A stretch of 64,000 nucleotides of DNA from Squalus acanthias (lineage: Eukaryota): contig CM059432.1 of assembly GCA_030390025.1 (NCBI GenBank), positions 115,694,001-115,758,000 on the forward strand, in the 5' to 3' direction. The notes under the pieces are model-generated. The model did not search any database and was not told where the DNA came from. It saw only the letters and a list, made by a program, of their open reading frames with translations. The translations under genes and the position numbers were made by a program. Shown here piece by piece: positions 38,412 to 52,119 of this stretch. Numbering within the stretch: the first letter of the stretch is position 1; every line of letters starts with the position of its first letter.

Positions 38412-41400
38412 ATTAGCATTTTCAGCAGCAGAGGAGTGCGAGTGGGGACTGCACCGAAACGGCCTTACGGTGGATACAGAAGAAATACAAACTTCCGATT
38501 TTATTTACTCGGAATGGGGATTTTCTTGCAGTTAAAATCATTAACAGCAAGAAAAAAAAGAGCCTAGAGAGATTATTTGGGAAATTAATATTCTAAAAAT
38601 GGCATCAATTGTTTTTGAAGAACTCTGCAGGACAGCAGCCTCTCCTGAACATGACATCACTCGAAGACACCTTCGATTTTATCAAAACTTTAAAAAAAAC
38701 CCTCTCTTTTGCCCAACAGAGCTACTGAGGAGGCACAATAAAAAGTGATCACTAATAAAACATTTACACTACTGGCACTGGGGTTGTGCCCAACAGAGGA
38801 GGGCAAGAGCATCAAGCAGATGCTGCCAGCTTGAATGCCTGATCTCTAGCCCTTGATGAAACCATCCCAGAGGCTATAACCAGATCAGTGAGGCCAATAC
38901 CCTGAATGCAGAGTTGTTTTAAAATAAATAAGTCCAAACAATGCACTGCTATTTGTGAAACTGCCCATTTAATGCCAAATTATGGACTCACCTCCATAAG
39001 GAGCTGGGTTAGCATTGCCCAAACTCATTTCATATCGGACTCTAACAGTGAGCAGGTCGAGAAAACTCTTAATCCATCGTTCGGGACTGAATTGAAACCC
39101 AGATTCCCTTAATATTTACTTTCCAAATTGACAGTGTTGTTCTTTTTCTTTTAATCGGTCATATCATGTCCATCAACTGAATTCAAGATTTTTAATATCG
39201 AACTCTTATCTTAATTTAAAATTGCAAAGCAAATATATCTCCAAGCAGCACAAGAGAGAGTAACATGTAACCTCAGCTATTTTCATTTGCTTATACATTC
39301 AAATGCAAAATGTAATCACACCAAATCAGTAAAAATAAAACTGCATTCGTGCTGTTTACCAAAAGGTTCTGTCATACGTTCTTCACTACAGCAAGTTACC
39401 ACGGACACTTCAAATGGAAATGAATATCTACTCCATGTTACAGTCACTACAGCTCTAACAATATCTGAAAGCTTTGAATCAAATTTGAATCTTTTGATGG
39501 AATAAAAGGTCATCGACCTGAAATGTTAACTCTGTTTCTCTCTCCACAGGTGCTGCCTGACCTGCTGAGCGTTTCCAGCATTTTCTGTTTTTATGACAAA
39601 GTATTACTTAAAAAGGATAAAGCCCAGATTCAGCACCGGATTGCTGCATGTAGAATCAGATTCACAACATCTCTTAATATTCTTCTGTCCATAGTTGTGC
39701 TAAGAGTACCAATCCCCAACCAGGTATCTTTCCACTTTTAATCAGATCAGAAACGTGTTAACTGGGACTCTATTCCACATACCTGCTACACCGTGCACAC
39801 GCACGTCTGCAATTCTTTCTAATCTCACATCTTGCTTGAGGTTTGTTAATTTTGCGCTTGTCCTCTTGTTACTTATTTCCACATCCCAACGGTTACATTA
39901 TGAACAGTATACTGCGCTCTAATTGGAGTGTGCGTAAACCGACTGTTTGTTGTGCAACTAACTCTGCAGGTAGCGAGCTTATCTTCATTTTGGGTCAGAA
40001 AACGGACCTGCGAACGAAGCAAGAATTGAGAGATATATTGGAAGATAATTTCCAGGTCAGATTTAATCATTGTGCAGCTCAGAAGCTGGGTTCCACTCGC
40101 AACATTAACCTGGCTTTCCCCTTTCAGGATGCATACTAACCCACCGTATATCTGCTACATTTTCAGCCTTTATTATAGATCTTTTTTTTTCTTCAATGCC
40201 CCTCAGTTCGGACGTCTGGTCCGAAATGTAATCCATGTGACGGCCGGGGTTACAGGCACGATATGGATGAGAGCGCGCTTTGCTTGCAAGCAAATTCGTT
40301 TACGCACCCACTTCTCCAGTCCTCAAGGCGTTAGCCGCTGCTGGTGCATGGTTCCACGGGTATCAGGCGCCCTCCATAACTCACCAAGCCACCAGCTAGC
40401 AACCACGAGTCAAAACAATGGCTGTTTCTTTTGCCTCTGCTAGACCTGGGCCATTGAGGCTAATGGTACCTCTACTGCAACTCCGGCAGAAACAAACTAA
40501 GACAGTACCATCAGGGAAGCCAAACTTTAAACTTTTCTACCTGGCAGTTAATAAGCGGGGGGTGGGGGGGGGGGGGGAAGAAAGACCAAAACCATCATCT
40601 ATGGATGCCAGCACAAACTCCCTGACCCAGTGTATGTTTTACTTTAAAGTACTCGCAAGCTGGTAACGCCACTGCCACACCAGATACCAAGACTCTAGAC
40701 CTACCGTGCCAGTTTAGCGTGCCACCTCACAGACCCTCCCATCTGCACTTGCCTGGTTTTGTGCATTCACATCCTGACCAAAAAAAACACCAGGGGAATG
40801 ATAAATAGCCAATTAATTTTGTTGTGGTTCATATTCATTTATACACTGAAAACTTTTCAATTTATAATATTCTCTCTACCTTCTTCCAGTGAATTTTAAC
40901 ATAAAAATCCCCAGCTTATTTTCTCTGAAAAAAGTTTAAAAAATGCCTGTCTTCTATGCTGCACTTCCCTACAAAGCATACGCACTTAATCCTATTGAAT
41001 CGACTGCTGTAACTGTTGTGCGTGCAAGAGAGTTATCTGTGGAGTCTACATGATGGCTGCTTAGGGAGTGTTACACCTCACTATCAATATTTCAAGGCAC
41101 ACCAGATATATCATAATTACATAACCACTCACCACTGCTCAAGATAAAATAACATTTGAATTTAGTAATATAAACTACCATTTGAACGAACAGAAAAATA
41201 TACCACGAGAGATCACTTCTGCCACTATCTACCTTACAATGCACGAAGATGAGGCAGAATGTTGACTAAACTCAATTTCTCCCATCCCTCCCCAGAAACA
41301 CTTGCACAAAATTAACTATAAAATGAAGGACCACCACACAAGACTATACAGTATCAAAAAGAACTTTGCCTGGAAGTGTAAAAAATGGCTCCACTCACTC

Positions 41401-41656
41401 ATGCTATTTTGTAGTGGTTCTGACATTTGTAGGGACTGTCCAGCTATATTAGAACTTTAGATTTACTTAAGTTCAAACTATTTAAGATGCGAATCTGCAG
41501 TGCATTTAAACTTTTGTTCTAAAAATAAAATTTAAAACAAATGTAACTAGCTCACAAAATTAAGTGTTATGGATGCCAAGTTCACAAAGCATGTGCAGTG
41601 GTCAAAATACTTTACAGGGACACGTAAAGCCACCAAATGTCTCAGTCCAAACATCC

Positions 41657-41828
41657 TCAGGCATTCGAGTCATCGTTCTCGGGGTCTTCAACCTTGCTGA
41701 AGTCCGGCAGTGCATGCACAAGGAGAGAAGCAGAACCCTTGCTACTACTGGGCTGTGGATAGCGGGGCACGAGGACACAGCTAGTTTGCAGTGTTCGTTC
41801 CTCAGCATAGTCGTCTCTTGGTGTTAAT
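41657..41828 (-). CDS. FZD6: Frizzled-6 terminal coding exon
   Basis: Acceptor aatacag|A (phase 2). Encodes LTPRDDYAEERTLQTSCVLVPRYPQPSSSKGSASLLVHALPDFSKVEDPENDDSNA*; PSSSKGSASLLVH resembles the mammalian FZD6 C-terminal PSSLKGSTSLLVH motif. Confidence 0.88.
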
Positions 41829-42187
41829 CTGTATTCAAGGATAAACAGCAATTAAATACACAGTGACCAATCTCCTGTGGGGTTGCACACACGGAGTCAA
41901 GAGCAAATATGGTCTTCAGGTGAAGCAGGATTAGAGGGCACGGTATAATTGAAGGGCATGCAGATGTAATTCAGTCCCCATTTTTAAATCATACTGTCAT
42001 TTTTAAATAATACTCAGATTTGATTTGATTTAGCAAAAAGTACAGCAATTTGTGAAGCAGAGAAGTAAGAGTTGGTTGGAACACAGGAGTTTCTCTGCAG
42101 AACAGACGGAGGAACTGGGAGAAACAAAACTGTGGTGCTACAGCACCACCACTGGCAGGAGGGTGCAATTACATTGTGACACATTTA

Positions 42188-45100
42188 CATAGAAACATAG
42201 AAAAATAGGAGCAGGAGTAGGCCATTTGGCCCTTCGAGCCTGCTCCGCCATTCAATATGATCATGGCTGATCCTCTATCTCAATACCATATTCCCGCTCT
42301 CTCCCCATACCCCTTGACGTCTTTTGCGTCTAAAAATCTATCTATCTCCTTCTTAAATATATTCAGTGACTTGGCCTCCACAGCCTTCTGTGGTAGAGAA
42401 TTCCACAGCTTCACCACCCTCTGAGTGAAGAAATTTCTCCTCATCTCAGTCCTAAATGTCCTACCCCGTATCCTGACACTGGGACCCCTCGTTCTAGACC
42501 CCACGAGCCAGGGGAAACATCCTCCCTGCATCCAGTCTGTCTAGCCCGGTCAGAATTTATACGTTTCAATGAGATCCCCTCTCATTCTTCTAAACTCTAG
42601 TGAATACAGGCCTAGTCGACCCAATTTCTCCTCATACGACAGTCCTGCCATCTCAGGAATCAGTCTGATGAAACTTCGCTGCACTCCCTCTATGGCAAGT
42701 ATATCCTTTCTTGGGTAAGGAGACCAAAACTGCACACAGTACTCCAGGTGTGGTCTCACCAAGGCCCTGTATAACTGTAGTAAGACATCCTTGCTCCTGT
42801 ACTCAAATCATCTTGCAATGAAGGCCAACATACCATTTGCCTTCCTAACTGCTTGCTGCACCTGCATGTTTGCTTTCAGTGACTGGTGTACAAGGACACC
42901 CAGGTCCCTTTGTACATCAACATTTCCCAATCTATCACCATTTAAATAATATTCTACCTTTCTGTTTTTCCTACTGAAGTGGATAACTTCACATTTATCC
43001 ACGTTATACTGCATCTGCCATGTATTTGCCCACTCACTCAACTTGTCTAAATCGCCTTGAAGCCTCTTTGCATCCTCCTCACAACACCTAGTTTTATGTC
43101 GTCAGCAAACTTGGAATTATTAAATTTGGTTCCCTCATCCAAATCATTGATATATATTGTGAATAGCTGGGGCCCAAGCACTGATCCCTGCGGTACCCCA
43201 CTAGTCACCGCCTGCCACCCTGAAAAAGACCCATTTATTCCTACTCTGTTTTCTGTCTGTTAACCAATTTTCAATCCATGCCAGTATATTACCCCCAATC
43301 CCATGTGCTTTAATTTTGCACACTAACCTCTTACGTGGGACTTTATCAAAGGCCTTCTGAAAATCCAAATACACCACATCCACTGGTTCTCCCTTATCTA
43401 TTCTACCAGTTACATCCTTAAAAAACTCCAGTAGGTTTGTCAAACACGATTTCCCTTTCATAAATCCATGTTGACTTTGTCTAATCCCGTTGATATTTTC
43501 CAAGTGTCCTGTTACCACATCCTTTATAATAGGCTCTAGCATTTTCCCTGCTGCTGATGTTAGGCTAATCAGTCTGTAGTTCCGTTTTCTTTCTCCCTCC
43601 TTTTTTAAATAGTGGGGTCACATTTGCCACCCTCCAATCTGCAGGAACTGTTCCATAATCTATAGAATTTTGGAAGATGACAACCAATGCATCCACTATT
43701 TCCATAGCTACCTTTTTTAGTACTCTGGGATGCAGATTATCAGGCCCTGGGGATTTATCGGCTTTCAGTCCCATTAATTTCTCCAGCACTATTTTTTTAC
43801 TAATACTAATTTCCTTTAATTCCTCCTTCTCACTAGACCCTTGGTTTCCTAGCATTTCTGGGAAGTTATTTGTGTCCTCTTCCGTGAAGACAGAACCAAA
43901 GTATTTGTTTAATTGCTCTGCCATTTCCTTGTTCCCCATTATAAATTCTTCCGTTTCTGACTGTAAGGGACCTACATTTGTCTTCACTAATCTTTTTCTT
44001 TTTACATACTTGTAGAAGCTTTTACAGTCCGCTTTTATGTTCCTTCCAAGTTTACTCTCATACTCTATTTTTCCCCTCTTAATCAATCTCTTGGTCCTTT
44101 TTTGCTGTTCTCTAAACTGCTCCCAATCCTCAGGCTTGCTACTTTTTCTGGCAACTTTATATGACTCCTCTTTGGATCTAATACTATCCTTAATTTCTTT
44201 TGTTAGCCATGGTTGGGCCGCTTTTCCTTTTGTGTTTTTGCGCCAAAAAGGAATGTATAACTGTTGCAATTCATGCATTCGTTCCTTAAATGTTAGCCAT
44301 TGCCTATCCACCGTCATGCCTTTTAAGGAAGCTCCCCAATCTATCATAGCCAACTCCCTCCTCATACCTTCGTAGTTTCCTTTGTTTAGATTTAGGACCC
44401 TAGTTTCGGATTGGACTACTTCACTTTCCATCTTAATGAAGAATTCTATCATGTTATGGTCACTCTTCCCTAAAGGACCCCCCGCACAACAAGATTATTA
44501 ATTAACCCCTTCTCATTGCACAATACCCAATCTAGGATAGCCTGTTCCCTAGTTGGCTCCTCAACGTACTGGGCTAAAAAACCCATCTCGTACACACTCC
44601 AGGAATTCATCCTCCACAGTATTATTGCTAATTTGGTTTGGCCAGTCTATATGTAGATTAAAGTCACCCATGATTACTGTAGTACCCTTGTTACATGCAT
44701 CTCTAATTTCCTGTTTGATGCCGTCCCCTACATTACCACTACGGTTTGGAGGCCTATAGACAACTCCCACCAATGTTTTCTGCCCCTTGGTGCTTCTTAG
44801 CTCCACCCAGACTGATTCTACATCTTGATTTTCTGAGCCAATATCCTCTCACTATTGCTCTGATTTCATCCTTTAATAACAACGCCACCCCACCTCCTTT
44901 TCCTTTTTGCCTGTCCTTCCTAAATATCGAATATCCTTGGATATTCAGCTCTCAGCTTTGGTCACCCTGCAGCCATGTCTCCGTAATCGCAATTATATCG
45001 TATCCGTTTTCATCTATTTGCGCTGTTAATTTGTCTACCTTATTACGAATGCTTTGTGCATTCAGATACAGTGCCTTTAGATTTGTCTTTAACATTTTTA

Positions 45101-45270
45101 GACATCTTAACATTTTTTTGTACTATGGCCCTATTTGTCTTACCCAGACCCTATTTGTTAGTGCACTCTTTTGTTTGTACGCTCTGTCCCTTTCTGACAC
45201 AATCTGGTTATCCATACTCCAATCACTTTCCTGCACTGCTTCCTTGTCTTTTCTTTTTAGCAGTCTAGAT
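42188..45270 (-). mobile_element. CR1 LINE with nearly complete decayed ORF2 in the last FZD6 intron (same strand as gene)
   Basis: VGVVYRPPN, MGDFNLHIDW, KSPGPD, QHGFMKGKSCLTNL, LDFQKAFDKVP, FADD and CR1 tail. Confidence 0.93.
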
Positions 45271-46570
45271 TTCTCTCCACCGGGCAGTTTCCATTATAAA
45301 TGTGGGCATAGGAATTTATAACGGGATAAGGTTGCCAAAAAGTGTGACAATAACTTGACAGCAGTAAGTAATGTTTGCAGACAGGAAATGTGTGCAGACT
45401 TTCAATACGTTCTAGATATAACATGTACACACTAGAGACCAGCAGTAATACACCGCCCAAAGGGCCCATATAGCTACCCGGGAAACTTGCTCCTTGCTGT
45501 TTCTGGTACTCCATTCATTGTACTCTTCACATGCTGCTGGATTTGAGCTTAAAATTGTTCCCACTCCTTGCCTTGCTCTCCAGAAAGAGAAAACTAGGGA
45601 ACACTATTAAAGTTATGGTCCTCAACAAAACTATAAGGATTCTGTCCCTCAACAAAAAGTTTGTGGGCAACACGGCCAGAAACCTGAAGATTTCTTGAAA
45701 CAATATAGTAGTATAGTAGGTCACAAAGTAATAGTTTCAGGCAGGAGAAGAGCGTCGATCCACCCAGCCCAGCTAGCCACGGCATTCCAAATAACCCAGA
45801 ATCCCATTTGTTGACCAGAACTTCTCTAATTCCTTCTTGAAACCCATTATGGTATCTTGTTCCACCACCCGTGGCAAGTTAACTTCTACGCACTGGTATA
45901 AAAAGGACACTGCGGCTTTAAAGGCAAATTTCATGTTACCCATCAAAATAAACAGCACCCATTTTGAAATTGAAGTACAGTTGGATTCAGCTACAATCTA
46001 CTTTAAAACCAAGTTGATGTAACCAAATCATTTGACACTTTTTTTTCCAAAGCACTACATTCCCACTTTACTCCGTTGCTTAATTCAAATTATTGGTCAA
46101 TTTAAATGTATTTAATGTAAAATAAAACTACTTCGAACTATCAACAGACTGTATAATGATTGATATGGGCAACGTCTCCAACTGGCCAGTAGATACAAAT
46201 TCCCATGTTTCTGTGCACTGCGCTAATGCGACAGAGGAGTGGAACTGATTTTTATTTGCAGAAAAACAACAAACATTAAGAGAAGTTGAGCAGATCAATC
46301 CAGGCTGAAGTGTCTTTAACAGACATTCCCACAAGCTGTGAAATTCCTTCCTGCGGGAAACAGCAAAGCACATCATTTCAAAATCGATTCTTGCAGCCTC
46401 ACGCCTATTAATCACTACACCCGAGCATAAATGGGGTGTAATTTTGGAAAGTAAGATTTGATCCCAAGGTGGAGTGCCCACTATGGTGATAGTTAAAAGC
46501 GAATTCTACTGTACTTTGCATACTTGTGCTGTCATCACTAAATTATGCAGCAAGCCATTTGGTTGCTTAC

Positions 46571-46997
46571 CGTCCATCCGGGACACGCTGCAAGCCTTCA
46601 GACTGGTTGCTTATTCTGCCGGATATGCTTCCCACTTTACTCCTTTTCTCTGGCAGGTCAGTTGGCACCTGCTTGGCCCGATAAACTGAGAGAAGCTTGT
46701 TCCCCGGTGGAGGCGTTCAACGCAGAAGGGATATCGGGGAGAACATCATGCTCATCGATTTCAAGAAAAGGTTTCACCTCTGAAAATGTCCCTTGACTGA
46801 AGGATTCGTGATTGGTTGCAGGTAAGGTTGATGTCCCATGATTTGCCATGCCTGTAGTGGATGTCCCCATGGATTTAGAGATTACCCTGAGTTTATGGGA
46901 ACTTGACTTGTGCTTCTTTTTGTGCTGGACTTTAGAATTGTGCTTCAGGAAAAATTCGCAGGACTCCTGCAGTACTCTCCGACTTTCAGTTATAGGG
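46571..46997 (-). CDS. FZD6: Frizzled-6 penultimate exon (cytoplasmic tail) with apparent 1-nt frameshift near 46675-46679 and TGA at 46658-46660
   Basis: Acceptor ctcttag|C, donor GGACG|gtaagc. Encodes PITESRRVLQESCEFFLKHNSKVQHKKKHKSSSHKLRVISKSMGTST, which distinguishes FZD6 from FZD3. Length 427 nt (3n+1) although both flanking introns are phase 2. Confidence 0.9.
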
Positions 46998-47557
46998 CTA
47001 AGAGGACGTGAAGAAAGAATATTCAGAAAACAAAATAATGGCCAAATCATTGAAATTGCTTCAAAAAAAAATTTTTTTTTTCAATATTGGAGGTGGAGCT
47101 GGTGCTGGACTAGCAACCCCAAAGTCACGATCCAAATCCCACCATGTCATGTGAAATGGAGCTCAATATATCAGAAAAAATGACCATGAAAGGTGCTGGA
47201 TTGTTGTTAAAAATATTCAGTAATGTTCTTTAACCCCTTTAACAGTTGCCAAATTGCCCAGAGTTCAATTGCTGTACGTAAACTACATCATTACAAAAGG
47301 CCAAAAAGTCAGTGCCGCTTTGAAACTGATGTGAGATTCTCCTCCGCATGGGGAAAGCACCCAGCTTCTTCACAGTACCTCCAATGGCTGAACTCCATAT
47401 GTGGAGGCCGGTGTCCAATCCCTCCATTGCTGCTCTCAATATCCACCACCACACTGCAGCACAGCAGCTAAAATCCCCCCCCACCCCACCCCACCTCCTA
47501 TTCACTCCATCACACAACGTAAGCACTCTTAGTGAAGAGATTAAAAGCTAGTCTTAC

Positions 47558-47706
47558 TCTCGCTTGCGGGCACTGTGAAAGAAATTGGCCCATTCAGAAC
47601 AGGTCTTCCGACTGCCAACCCAGAAAACTGCTGGTATACCGACAATTAGTGTCATCAGGTATTTCATCATAAAAAGAGACAAGTCAGGCCTGGTCAGAGT
47701 ATTTCC
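47558..47706 (-). CDS. FZD6: Frizzled-6 exon: TM7 and KTxxxW Dishevelled-binding motif (absent from the ORF track)
   Basis: Acceptor ttttag|GGA, donor CGAGA|gtaag. 149 nt, manually translated as [49 protein letters not shown](D). Confidence 0.95.
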
Positions 47707-48399
47707 CTAAAAACAAAACACAAACAAAAAAACAATTACTGCATCAACATATTCCAACCTAATTAAAACTACTGTGCCACAGCACCAAGAGTTTGTCAAG
47801 ATACAGGGCACAAGTTTTAACCAGGATTACAGACGACAATTCATCAGTAGGAAGAATCCTCTGAGCAACACCATTAATGACACAATTAAGCTCCAAATAT
47901 GGACTGCAGATATCAGCGACGGGAATTTCTGTGGGGGTTCTTCCGATCTCCTGCCGTAACTTCAACAGAAACCGCAGAGAGACGGTGTAACCAGCTGTTT
48001 ATGCCCTTGCCCCGGGGTTTCCTCGGGGCGTCTGACTAACAAAGGCGCAACATAAATGCAAGTTGCTGTTTCCGTCAAAGTAATGGCAGGTGATCGGCGA
48101 GCTCCCGGAAATTCCAGCCCCAGGTCTCTGTGGCAGCAGCAAGCAAAAATGTTAATAAAATGTCAAGGATCTGAAGATAGAAGTTGTAAAAAGGCTAAAA
48201 GATGGCTCAGTTATAGTAATAGAACTATTATTCCAAAAGAGTGAGCCGAAGCACACTTAGTTTTCTCTCCCTCACTCCCCTCCCCGGAAGGGATTAACTC
48301 CTGTTGACACGTGGTTACGGCAAGTGAGTTGGCAAGGTTCCACACTTGGAACAATTTGCTGGCCAAGCACCACAATTCTAGACACCAAGAGCTGGAGAC

Positions 48400-49015
48400 A
48401 GGCCCCCCCCCACCCCCAGTGTAGCCCCCACAGGCTCCCCCCCCCAGTGTAGACCCCACAGGCCCCCCCCCCCCCCCAGTGTAGCCCCCACAGGCTCCCC
48501 CCCCCAGTGTAGACCCCACAGGGCCCCCCCCCCCCAACTGTAGACCCCACAGGCCCCCCCCCCCCCCCAAGTGTAGCCCCCACAGGCGCCCCCCCCTCAA
48601 GTGTAGCCCCCAAAGTGTCACCCCCCCCCCCCACCCCCCCCAAGTGTAGCCCCCACAGGCCCCCCCCCCCCCAAGTGTAGCCCCCACAGGCCCCCCCCCC
48701 CCAAGTGTAGCCCCCACAGGCCCCCCCCCCCCAAGTGTAGCCCCCACAGGTGCCCCCCCCCCCCCCAAGTGTAGCCCCCACAGGGACACCCCCCACCCCC
48801 CCCAAGTGTAGCCCCCACAGGGACACCCCCCACCCCCCCCCCAAGTGTAGCCCCCACAGGGACACCCCCCCCACCCCAAGTGTAGCCCCCACAGCCCCCC
48901 CCCCCCCCAAGTGTAGCCCCCACTGCCCCCCCCCCCCCCACCCCCCCCACAAGTGTAGCCCCCACAGCCCCCCAAGGGCCCCGCCCCCCACACAAGTGTA
49001 GCCCCCACAGGGCCC
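48400..49015. repeat. ~30-bp C-rich minisatellite (AAGTGTAGCCCCCACAGG + variable poly-C) in FZD6 intron
   Basis: About 20 directly visible units. Confidence 0.95.
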
Positions 49016-50663
49016 AACAGCATTCCAGCACCTAGGGTCAAGTGGCCATTTTTTCCATGCGTGACATAGTTGGACAACAAGTTGTCGACAGGCTACTTGG
49101 TTGTGGAGAGCATCACAGTCGAGCCCAATGCCAACCTCACCAAACAGCCACACGCGAGCACTTTTCAGCACTAGATTGTGACCAGGTGCCGATCAATTTC
49201 TCCTCCTGGCCCCAGGGAGGCCAAGGCCAAGGCCGATTCTAAAGCCCCAACCTGTGTCCCCAGCCCAGGTCAGTTAACTCGGACAAGACCATGGGTCAAG
49301 TCACAGACCTTCTGGTGTTAACCAGATTAGTACCACGTCAAATGGTGCCTCTGTCTACAAAGCTGTCAGAATGGTTGTGCCTTCGTATTTCAAATAGACA
49401 AAGCTTAACGGAGACCAAACACTTAAATTTCCAAGTCTATACAACAATTCTAACAGCATTAGCACTATTAAAAGAGCTGTAACTGCAATTTGGCTTTCCA
49501 CTGCTTGAATAGCCTCAGAAGTATGGGGAAAGTAAAAGAAAGCAGAATTCTGTGTAATTAAAGTCAGACATATGGTTGCCAACATATTATAAATGTTAAA
49601 TAATGGAAAAAGTGAAGTGTGTGTTATTAAATAGAAGTTTAACTTGTGAACGATTAATTGGAGCAATTACTCAAGTGCAGCACTATATTTACGACTGAAA
49701 ATCTGGTTGTGCAAACACATTAGTTACTTTTGAAAAAAATTGCATTTAGCAAACTATATTGAAGAAAACCAACTGATACTTGTTTTAAACATTTGATCAC
49801 AAATGCAAATGATATTTTTTTTAAAGTATGCCTTGTGTATATCCCCATAATCTACAATTGTGCAAAAATGCTAACTTGTGCTGCCCCCCTCAGCAATTTC
49901 TAAACAGCTGAGGAAACATTAAAAAGGAAAATACTTCATTATCCAGTAGGCTATGCACAGAGTTAGCAAAATCATGATGAGACTGCATTTGAAGATCAGG
50001 ATTTAATTAAAGATCACAAACGGCAATTGGATCACAGCCGTTTGAACTCCATGTGACACCATGCTACATGGGAGTGAAACAATTCACCAAGTGCTCTGCA
50101 ATATGAACCAAAGTGATCTCCTGAGGCTGACTGTAGACAGTACTCTACCCCTCTATTGAGTGTGTGCTGGGCTAATTTAAACATCTGTTCTTTTGCAAAC
50201 AAAAAAAGCAATCAGAGCTACTCATAGAATAAACTTTTTTGACCCATAAACTATCGGGGCAAGTCGAGTAATCCAAAATCGTCACATACTTCAGCTGCCA
50301 ACATACTATAAATAGAATAGTGCAACACTGTGGTGTGGAGACCGAGCTAGCCCACATTCCTCAATACCTCCCTCTGCATGTTCATTTTAACAAGTCCTTC
50401 AGAAAATTGTCCGTAAACATGCTTATGGATTCATTTCAACTCACTGGCCAGAAGGTGGAGGGACGGTGACTATGCCACTGATTACTGCCCACCTAGTTAC
50501 CACCTTAAAACACTTCCATCCATCTCAGAAATGAAAGCCTCAGTGACTACCTGTTCACTGTGAACACTAAGATATAATTATTGGGCAGTGATAGTGTACA
50601 CCGACTTACAACGAGCATTTAAAATATAGAAAACATTCTGAAATATACACTTTTTGAATGTAC

Positions 50664-51681
50664 CTGATTGGGGCACGGGATGGGATAGTCCTGACAGTAA
50701 TCATGCACCCATGTAGTTTCCCAAGTTGTCCGAAGGGCCTGCTCATAAAAATAGCATCCCAGGAGCGCAACCAAAGGTACCAAGTATAGGCCGCTAAAAA
50801 CTCCGATTCGAATCATAAATTTCTTCAGCTTCTCCTGATTCCTTCCGTCGTGTTGGATCACCTGCCGTACGTGATTCAAGGAAATAATTCCTGCCAACAG
50901 AAGGGACAATCCCACCACCACACAGAGGCACAAGGGCGTCAAGATAAAGTAACGCAAAACATGCAAGTCATACAGCCCGACAAAGCACACGCCACTGATA
51001 TTGTCGCCTTCAACTTTGTTCAAGGCAAGCAGCAGGATTGTGAATATCCCGGGCATTCCCCAGGCAACAGAATGGTACCACAACGCTTTCTGTTCAATGG
51101 CTTCACAACTCCACTTCAGTCCTGCTGCCAGGAACCAGGTTATGGTCAGGATTACCCACCAAACAGTTCCTGCCATGGTAAAGAAATATAACAACATGAA
51201 AAGGATGGTGCACCCCTTGTTCTGTGCCCCTATGACAACTGTTTCCATGGTGCCCAGTTTCTCATCCGCCTTGTTGCAGACTATGCTATTGCCAGCAACA
51301 AAACCCACAAAGTACATCAGAGATACTATGCTATAGCATACCGCGTAGAAAATGATCGGACGTTCAGGGTACCGAAATCTTCTAACATCGATAAGGAAAG
51401 TCAGGAACGTAAAGAGAGTTGCACACAGACAAAAGATGGAAACAACCCCAATGAAACATTTGGCAAAGTTCAGTTCATCTTCTTTGAAGTACATGTTAGG
51501 ACATGGTGGCAAACAGTCACCTACACCAAGAAACGAACTGCCGTGCCCAGCAGGGGTCTTCAGGGGTCGTGGACACCAGAATCCATAATCCTTCACTACC
51601 GTTTGCGAAGTCTTCTCTGTAATTGATCTTGAAGTTGGAGCTACTGCGGAAGAATGTTGGCCATCACCACAATCTTCTAAC
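50664..51681 (-). CDS. FZD6: Frizzled-6 large exon: linker plus TM1-TM6
   Basis: Acceptor tttcaag|G, donor AATCAG|gtacat. 1018 nt, open in the phase set by the previous exon. Contains [53 protein letters not shown] and [19 protein letters not shown]. Confidence 0.97.
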
Positions 51682-52119
51682 CTTGAAAGAAAAATTCACA
51701 TCAAACTCCTCTTTAAAAAAAAAAATCAGGTTTAAACTCAAATAATGCCCATTTTGTCACACACCAACAGGAAGTGTATACACTCCTCCATTCTGTATTT
51801 ATTTTAGTCATTCCTCACATGCATTATTCCTGCTTAGAAGATGAGAAACCAACTTGCTACCCAACTTCTATTTTTAGTGCTATATCGAATGTCTCAAACT
51901 GACTCATTTTACCTTCTGTTGTACAATTAAGTCTCCTTGAAGCCTCCCCTGGTCAGAACGGCTGACAATGGAAACTGACCAGGATAAAGCCAGGTCTTGC
52001 TACTCCTTGATGGAGCAAACTGCAACTCTTGGCCACCACCCCTCCAGTACTTTAAACACAACTCTTTGAAGTCTATAATGCGAGTACAAGGGCAAGCTCG
52101 ATCCCATCGCAAATTAGTC

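Noticed and set aside
1..41600. Exons of the usual FZD6 neighbours (CTHRC1, BAALC)
   Set aside because: No recognisable matching peptide seen; very short exons could have been missed by eye.
48211..49171. Gly-rich ORFs resembling keratin-associated or cuticle proteins
   Set aside because: Minisatellite artefact inside an FZD6 intron, open in several frames.
50619..51596. FZD3 assignment, or an intronless Frizzled ORF as given in the track
   Set aside because: Splice sites define a multi-exon gene and the tail motif ESCEFFLKHNSKV...HKLRVISKSMGTS is FZD6-type.
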